This document shows, piece by piece, positions 55,298 to 61,168 of a stretch of 61,168 bases of DNA. How positions within the stretch are numbered: position 1 is the first letter of the stretch; every line of letters starts with the position of its first letter. The stretch lies in IMG/VR virus record IMGVR_UViG_3300031658_000006, positions 1 through 61,168 of that record. One strand, given 5' to 3'. Source of the DNA: a virus (Duplodnaviria; Caudoviricetes). Both the position numbers and the translations under genes were made by a program. The notes under the pieces were generated by a model. That model had not been told where the DNA came from, ran no database searches, and saw nothing but the letters and a program-made list of their open reading frames with translations.

Positions 55298-57901
55298 TTA
55301 AGGCCACGTAGCAATAGCTACTCTTTTCCAAATGTTAGTCGCAGTACAAACATAGATAAAAGTGTCCGTCCATACAACATCACCCGCCGCTCCAGTAGAA
55401 CTAGAGGTAGCAGGAGGTGTACCAAAGTTTACTTTAGAGGCAGGGTCAGTCCAAGCTAGCTCTCCATTTAGAAGATTAGACAGCTGCTGATTGACAGTAG
55501 GGATGTTACCTGGAAGAGTTATCGTATAGCTAGTCGCTCCAGCAAGAGAAACTGGTACTTTAATTGTTAAGTATCTAGTATCGGCTGGGATACCAGTATC
55601 TATCCTAAGCTTTATTGAAGAATTAAACTCAACAGTATTGTCTACGTTCAATTTTAACATAGGGGTTAAATCACCATTCGGAACAACAAAGCTTAAACTT
55701 TGGCCTGCTGTACCAAGTAGATAACTCCTATTACCAGTTCCTGTCTGAACAAGGTCAGAGGTAGCAAGGTTAGTGCTATCGTTCTGAGAAACCCAGCTTA
55801 AAATTCCACTGCCATCGGTTTGTAAAACCTCGTTGGCATTGCCATCGTTCTCAGGAAGAGTAAGTGTATAAGAGCTAAGTAAAGTTGAAGGGGCTTTAAT
55901 ACCCGCATACAAACCATTTAATACAGAAAGCTCAAACCGTAACGTAGCTTGGTTACTTATACTAATAGCATTTTCAGCAGAGCTATTGAGCGAAAACAAT
56001 GGTGTAGTACCTCCATCATTTCCAAAAATTAAAACACCTTCATCAATATCATAAGCTCTAACCCCACCTGTCTGAACAAGGTCAGATGTGGCAAGGTTAT
56101 CTGTGCTGGATTGATTAACAAAAGCTAACTGTCCTGAACCATTAGTTTTAAGAACCTGCCCAGCTGTACCATCCGAAGCTGGTAATGTTAGAGTATAAGA
56201 AGCAGATACAATTGCTGGTGATTTAACCCCTACATAGTTTGAGATTCCGTCGTTAAATCGAATAGGAACTCCAAGACCTGTATTGATTGAGTTATTACCA
56301 GAGGTACCATTAAGAGAAAAAACAGTAGCTCCCGTATTGCCCGTAAAACGTATAGTTTGGTTGCCTAAACTATATGTTCGGTTTTCTCCACTTTGAGTAA
56401 GGTTGCTGTTAGATAGATTAACAGATGTGCTAGTTGCCCACGAAAGAACACCTGTAGCACTAGTCTGTAAAAATTGACCTGCTGTACCTACAGCCGCAGG
56501 AAGGATAAGTGTATATGAAGATGTAACAGCAGTCGGAGCTTTAAACCCTACATACTCGCTACCTGCCGCATCCAGCAATTGCAAAGGAACAGTATGTCCA
56601 ATAGAAACTTTTGCTGAAGAAATACCCAATAAAGGAGTAACACCATCTTGGAATTGTATAGCCCCTGTGTTTATATCATACGTCCTAGTAGAATCGCTTT
56701 GAGTAAGGTTAGCATTGCCTAGGTTAATAGAAGTAGCGCAAAGTGTAACAGCACTACAGAAGTCAGTAACCTGAGACGCTGTGATAGCGATAGGGTTCTG
56801 AGATGCCCCTATAACAACTCCTTTACCGTTAACAGCTAACGTAGCCGAATTAGCAGCGTCTCCAAATGTTCCATTGCTAGTTTGATTGCTTAAAGAAACA
56901 GCACCAGATAAAACAGATAACCCTCCTGCGGACGGGAAAGATGCGATACCCGCTACTGTGGAAGTAGCTAACGAGACGTTATTGTTAACAGCTGTCCAGT
57001 CTCCTTGGTCAACAGGATTATCTTGATTGGAAATAATAACATCCCCTACAGCCAATGCGGTGCTCCAAAATCCCAGACCATTACCCGCTCCTGTTACTGA
57101 ATAAGTAAACCCTGTTAATACTCCAGGACCTATAGGAGGAAGTGCAATATCAGCATCATAACCGCCTTGGAAGGTTAATACTCCAGAACCAGCGAATGTA
57201 GTATCCACATAGGCTTTAGTCGCGGCGTCGGTTGCAACGGTGGGGTCAACAAGACTAACAATCTTATTGGTTCCCATATCAAGGTTAGCCGTGGCAGCTC
57301 CAAACGAAGTTACAGGAATATTTGCTGAGTCAATTTTATGCTGATTGGTTCCCGACGTAACAGCAAAATAATCTGCATCATTAATGTTACCACTTAGGGG
57401 TAGCTCGCTAATATCTAAAGTAAATGTAGCTGTTCCAGGAGCAGAGATTACCGTGTCAATACCCACACCACCCACTAACGATAATGTATCGTCGTCGTAA
57501 ATAGTTTGATTGGCTCCTGTATCTCCACTTATATCAAAGGAAGTCATAATTCCAGGAGCTACACCCGATACAACACCCGTAATATGACCCTGTGTATTAA
57601 CAGAAATAGATACAGGATAGGCATACGTGCCTGGTGTTCCGTAATTTAAATGGTCAAAGGTGACCGTTCCAATATTAGAAGCCACGCTATCAATAGCTAC
57701 TCCACCTAAAAGAAATAACGAATCATTATTGTTTATAGTCTGGGCAACACCAGTGTTCCCGTATACACTAAAAGAAGCGAGCCCTACAATGTCGCCAATA
57801 CTATAGTTCATAGTGGCTAAGGCATTGCCAGAATCACTGCCAATAACCTTGTCTAACGCGGTCGGTGTACCATCTATTAAGTACGAGCTAATCTTAGGCA
57901 T
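55298..57901 (-). CDS. Tail fibre-like protein with internal repeats
   Basis: DAATKAYVD motif; four NL..S.L.Q...R.Y / KAP...SYTL.LP...G.A.Q.L.T.G.G.LSW repeats; P.TSSSTG.AG...YVC.ATN.WKR C-terminus. Confidence 0.8.
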   Translation of the reverse strand: MPKISSYLIDGTPTALDKVIGSDSGNALATMNYSIGDIVGLASFSVYGNTGVAQTINNNDSLFLLGGVAIDSVASNIGTVTFDHLNYGTPGTYAYPVSISVNTQGHITGVVSGVAPGIMTSFDISGDTGANQTIYDDDTLSLVGGVGIDTVISAPGTATFTLDISELPLSGNINDADYFAVTSGTNQHKIDSANIPVTSFGAATANLDMGTNKIVSLVDPTVATDAATKAYVDTTFAGSGVLTFQGGYDADIALPPIGPGVLTGFTYSVTGAGNGLGFWSTALAVGDVIISNQDNPVDQGDWTAVNNNVSLATSTVAGIASFPSAGGLSVLSGAVSLSNQTSNGTFGDAANSATLAVNGKGVVIGASQNPIAITASQVTDFCSAVTLCATSINLGNANLTQSDSTRTYDINTGAIQFQDGVTPLLGISSAKVSIGHTVPLQLLDAAGSEYVGFKAPTAVTSSYTLILPAAVGTAGQFLQTSATGVLSWATSTSVNLSNSNLTQSGENRTYSLGNQTIRFTGNTGATVFSLNGTSGNNSINTGLGVPIRFNDGISNYVGVKSPAIVSASYTLTLPASDGTAGQVLKTNGSGQLAFVNQSSTDNLATSDLVQTGGVRAYDIDEGVLIFGNDGGTTPLFSLNSSAENAISISNQATLRFELSVLNGLYAGIKAPSTLLSSYTLTLPENDGNANEVLQTDGSGILSWVSQNDSTNLATSDLVQTGTGNRSYLLGTAGQSLSFVVPNGDLTPMLKLNVDNTVEFNSSIKLRIDTGIPADTRYLTIKVPVSLAGATSYTITLPGNIPTVNQQLSNLLNGELAWTDPASKVNFGTPPATSSSTGAAGDVVWTDTFIYVCTATNIWKRVAIATWP

Positions 57902-57907
57902 ACGTTC

Positions 57908-58069
57908 TTACGCTTTTCGGTTCTTACCCATAACAACGGCCTGAAGGATACGAGACAATACATTTACAATGCGGTCGTCCTTCTTGGTTTCTGTGAGCGC
58001 GGTCATAGTTCCTGCCGCAGTCAAAACAGCCAATGCAATCTCGGCCCAGTATGATGCTAAAAAATTCAT
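57908..58069 (-). CDS. Holin-like membrane protein (duplicate of 664..825)
   Basis: Within the terminal repeat. Confidence 0.65.
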   Translation of the reverse strand: MNFLASYWAEIALAVLTAAGTMTALTETKKDDRIVNVLSRILQAVVMGKNRKA

Positions 58070-58485
58070 GTCGTTTCGTTTAAAAATTTATACTTATCCT
58101 GAACATCGAATGAGGGGCAATCCTTTTTTGAATATTCGTTGTGTCCGTGGATACTTAACTCCCCAAAAATAAGGCGTAAACTTTTAACCAGATTCAAGAA
58201 CGATATATCCTGCATCTCAGTCATCGTGTCTAGGGGTTTCAAGTTGTTATCCGTACCACCTATATAGCAAACACCTATAGAGTCTAGGTTGTGTGAGTAG
58301 GTGTGAGCCCCAATCACATCTATATCTCTACCCTTATGCACTGAACCGTCGGCGTAGATACAGAAGTGGTACCCTATATCATCCCATCCTCGAAGCATAT
58401 GCCATCCACGTATATCATCAACAGTTACATCGCGTCCACCAGGTGTAGCTGAGCAGTGTAAGATGATTCGTTTTAGGTCCCTCAT
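58066..58485 (-). CDS. Endolysin amidase (duplicate of 822..1241)
   Basis: Identical protein. Confidence 0.93.
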   Translation of the reverse strand: MRDLKRIILHCSATPGGRDVTVDDIRGWHMLRGWDDIGYHFCIYADGSVHKGRDIDVIGAHTYSHNLDSIGVCYIGGTDNNLKPLDTMTEMQDISFLNLVKSLRLIFGELSIHGHNEYSKKDCPSFDVQDKYKFLNETT

Positions 58486-58688
58486 TCAATACCCTTCTTG
58501 GCAAGCAATAACTTAATGTCATTTACTCCATCTACTAAGAAGTCAAGGCTCTGCTGAACTTTGGTCTCTTGCTTCTCTAGCGAAAACAACCGCGCTTTAA
58601 TTGTAGTTACCTCGTTTGTCATCTTAACCCATGTGGCTATAATACCTCCCAACGCGCCGATAGCAATAGATATAATCTCGTAGTTCAT
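58482..58688 (-). CDS. TM plus coiled-coil lysis protein (duplicate of 1238..1444)
   Basis: Identical protein. Confidence 0.55.
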   Translation of the reverse strand: MNYEIISIAIGALGGIIATWVKMTNEVTTIKARLFSLEKQETKVQQSLDFLVDGVNDIKLLLAKKGIE

Positions 58689-59119
58689 TACTCCTCGATA
58701 AAGTCAACGTCCTCGGTTACTCCTTCAGTTTCGATTGGAAACCATCCGTTAGCCTCCATATATGCCTGGTCGTGGACCGTGCATTCGGTAGGGATAATCT
58801 GCTCAAAAAGAACCGTTGAAGACGTAGTGATAAGCGTAGTGAGGGCGTCCATTTCTGCTTGGGGCATTAAAGGAAACAAAGCCTGTAGCTCGGTGAAGTC
58901 CACCGCTGCGTTAACGTAGATAAGCCAGTCTAAAATAATCGACAGTGCCGCCTCTCCCGTTGTGGGGTGGATGACAGAGCCAAATAAATTGAAGTTTGCT
59001 TCGTCTGGATTTTGGATAGACTCTGGACGAGTAATACAATAAAGCTGTCGAGAAATAGCTTCTGCTCGCTCCTCAGATGTAAGTCCTCCTTCGGGAGGAA
59101 CGATTAGATAGTTACTCAT
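58688..59119 (-). CDS. Hypothetical protein (duplicate of 1444..1875)
   Basis: Identical protein. Confidence 0.6.
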   Translation of the reverse strand: MSNYLIVPPEGGLTSEERAEAISRQLYCITRPESIQNPDEANFNLFGSVIHPTTGEAALSIILDWLIYVNAAVDFTELQALFPLMPQAEMDALTTLITTSSTVLFEQIIPTECTVHDQAYMEANGWFPIETEGVTEDVDFIEE

Positions 59120-59139
59120 AGTGTGTAAAGATAAGGATA

Positions 59140-61168
59140 TTAATAGATGTCGTAGAAGTCGTTTAGGTTGGTTTCGATTCCAGTGCGGTCTGTGGATTTG
59201 TCGGAAGCGTAAACAACTACCTCCTGCGCTTTGCCATTAAAATAGCTTGAATTTCCTTTTTGACCAAGACGAATACCTGTGCTTGTTGTACCTGCGGCGC
59301 CTCCAGTTTCTGCGGTTGAGCCGTTGTAACCTATTGCAAGAGACGTTCCGAATAAACCAAACACCAAGTTTTGGGCGGCTGTGTAGTTTGTTGACGTATT
59401 GAAACCATTGTTAAAATTCATTCGCATTGTTGCGTTTGAATTGTACCTAAAAAATGCGATTCCTCCTGTGCCGTCCCAAGCGATAAAAGCGCCACTACTA
59501 TTTGTTTGGTCAGGTTTGGCAACGTGAAAGCTGGTGAGCGTTGTTTCAGATAATCCAACACTATCTAAGAAATCGTTTGCACCATCAAAATCTAACGCGG
59601 GCTTGCCGTTCTCCGTCACCATACCCGTCGTACCATCGTAAATCTTTGGTCGGTTAGCAGACGTAACTTGAGTAACGTTGTTCCCACTACCACTCTGGTC
59701 GTACCAAGTCTCTACGAACACGTCGTTACTACCTCCGTAAGCGACAATAGCAGAAGTGTCTAACTCTCCGTAGCTATCGAAGCCTACGTCAAGCGTAGCT
59801 CCGCCCACGTTGTCCTGTACTTTAATAGCGCTACCTGTATAAGTGTTACTCAATCTACGTAAAGAGTAACCCGCCGATGCACCTGAGTACTCGTCAAGTA
59901 AGCCAGCCAAAGCGACATCGTAGTAGCCACCGATGTTGGTTTCGATTCCTGTTGTATCGGCTGCAGATTTTACCGATGGATACAAAACCATTTCTTGATA
60001 ATATCCTTTGAAATCATAGTAACCTTTAAGCTGAATGCTTGTTGCGTTTGTGAAAGTTCCTGCTTGATTGTATACCTCTATGGCGTTCACCCTATACACC
60101 ATCGTTCCGTTGTGGCTCATCGACATTAAAGCGGGTGTGTTAGCGGAAATCGTTCCGTCGCCAGCTATTAGCGGTCTAGAATTATTGTAAAACCCGTCAT
60201 ATATTTTACCTGATGTGTACCCCCAATGGCCTGTAATTTGGCTCGTTCCTAACGCGCCATAAGGACCGAGAGCAGTCTTTTCAAATAGAACGAACCCGTG
60301 AACCTCAGTTAAATTCAAGTTTCCAACGGTCATACTTTTTGTCCCTTCTACCGATATTCGAGGTTTTCCGTTTGCGTCCACTATAACCGCACCTGTTGTA
60401 CCATCGTAAATCTTTGGTCGGTTAGCAGACGTGGCCTGAGTAGCGTTGTTCCCGTTGCCACTTTGGTCGTACCAAGTCGCCACAAAAACGTCATTAGAGC
60501 CTCCGTAAGAGATTAACTCAGCAGTGTTAAGGTTACCGTTAATATCAAAATCAATAGCCTTTGTAGCCCCTCCTACATTGTCCTGAACGAGGATAGCGGG
60601 ACCTGTGTAGCTAGAGTCAATATTGCGTAAAGAGTAACCCGCAGCAGCACCTGGGTAGTTATTCAATAACAAAGGCGCTACAGGCTCAGTATAGATTGAA
60701 TAGAAGGTGTTGATGTTCGTCTCAATTCCTGTGCGGTTGGCGGATTGGTCTGACGGGTACGTTATAAATTCCTGAAAATTACCGTTGAACTGTTCCGAGC
60801 CTCCTGCGTTCGCTCCAATGATAAGAGGCACGCTTGTGGGATATGTAACCAACGCGCCTGTTGTGTTCAGCGCTTGCGTTCCGTTTAAATAGGAAGTGCC
60901 TGCAAAGGTGTTAAAACTAAACGCGCTTTGAATTGTTGGGTAAGCGAATCCGCTGGCTTTGGGCGAGCCGTTAATGTAATAATCAATGTCTCCTGCTGGG
61001 TTATTATCGATTGCTTGATTTACCCTAAAATAAGGTGATGAATGTGTTGTGGCGTTAGCAGGAAGGCAAAATGTAACGTTGTACCCGTTCGTTCTGTCTT
61101 GTTTATGTACTCCAAAAAACGTCAGTTTTTCGTCATTCGCTACTCCATTAGACGTTCTCAAAAAATCA
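59140..61168 (-). CDS. Modular adhesin, allele 2 (5'-truncated by the window end)
   Basis: Last module identical to allele 1; the two upstream modules differ; frame stays open to the window edge. Confidence 0.8.
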   Translation of the reverse strand, partial: DFLRTSNGVANDEKLTFFGVHKQDRTNGYNVTFCLPANATTHSSPYFRVNQAIDNNPAGDIDYYINGSPKASGFAYPTIQSAFSFNTFAGTSYLNGTQALNTTGALVTYPTSVPLIIGANAGGSEQFNGNFQEFITYPSDQSANRTGIETNINTFYSIYTEPVAPLLLNNYPGAAAGYSLRNIDSSYTGPAILVQDNVGGATKAIDFDINGNLNTAELISYGGSNDVFVATWYDQSGNGNNATQATSANRPKIYDGTTGAVIVDANGKPRISVEGTKSMTVGNLNLTEVHGFVLFEKTALGPYGALGTSQITGHWGYTSGKIYDGFYNNSRPLIAGDGTISANTPALMSMSHNGTMVYRVNAIEVYNQAGTFTNATSIQLKGYYDFKGYYQEMVLYPSVKSAADTTGIETNIGGYYDVALAGLLDEYSGASAGYSLRRLSNTYTGSAIKVQDNVGGATLDVGFDSYGELDTSAIVAYGGSNDVFVETWYDQSGSGNNVTQVTSANRPKIYDGTTGMVTENGKPALDFDGANDFLDSVGLSETTLTSFHVAKPDQTNSSGAFIAWDGTGGIAFFRYNSNATMRMNFNNGFNTSTNYTAAQNLVFGLFGTSLAIGYNGSTAETGGAAGTTSTGIRLGQKGNSSYFNGKAQEVVVYASDKSTDRTGIETNLNDFYDIY

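Larger units (their letters stand above)
57245..59883. repeat. Terminal direct repeat / circular overlap, copy 2
   Basis: Matches 1-2639. Confidence 0.95.

Noticed and set aside
57245-59883. Tandem prophage or genuine duplication of the lysis genes
   Set aside because: Apparent full identity and a mid-gene start fit an assembly wrap-around; no integrase or host genes are present.
1-61168. tRNA genes or stop-codon recoding
   Set aside because: No cloverleaf seen by eye (tRNAscan-SE would be decisive); long genes are intact under the standard code.

Overview
The window is an apparently complete ~57.2 kb dsDNA phage genome read about 1.07 times. Bases 1-2639 recur at 57245-59883 (offset 57244), after which the second pass enters a different allele of a modular adhesin gene. 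TAnnTTTG promoters and AT-rich leaders without Shine-Dalgarno sites point to a Bacteroidota (probably flavobacterial) host. The structural module is podovirus/crAss-like and lies on the minus strand: TerL, portal, scaffold, major capsid, tail ring and muzzle-like proteins, ejection proteins including a 3048-aa HExxH protein, fibres, lysis genes and GroEL/GroES. The plus strand (11.2-24.3 kb) carries early and replication genes: Sak-like recombinase, exonuclease, primase-helicase, SNF2 helicase, VRR-NUC and two DnaA-CTD proteins. I see no DNA polymerase, integrase, tRNA or CRISPR array. The standout feature is a pair of type III hammerhead ribozymes (11923-11976, 12398-12450) flanking the second early gene. 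Each sits right after a copy of a 12-copy GGGGGGAC-N4-GTCCCCCC palindrome, and the 476-nt RNA they would excise re-forms a hammerhead if circularised. Also notable: a dnaX-like -1 frameshift signal between the primase and helicase domains, a duplicated CGACA-rich element, and module swapping in the adhesin. All family assignments come from motif recognition by eye, not database searches.
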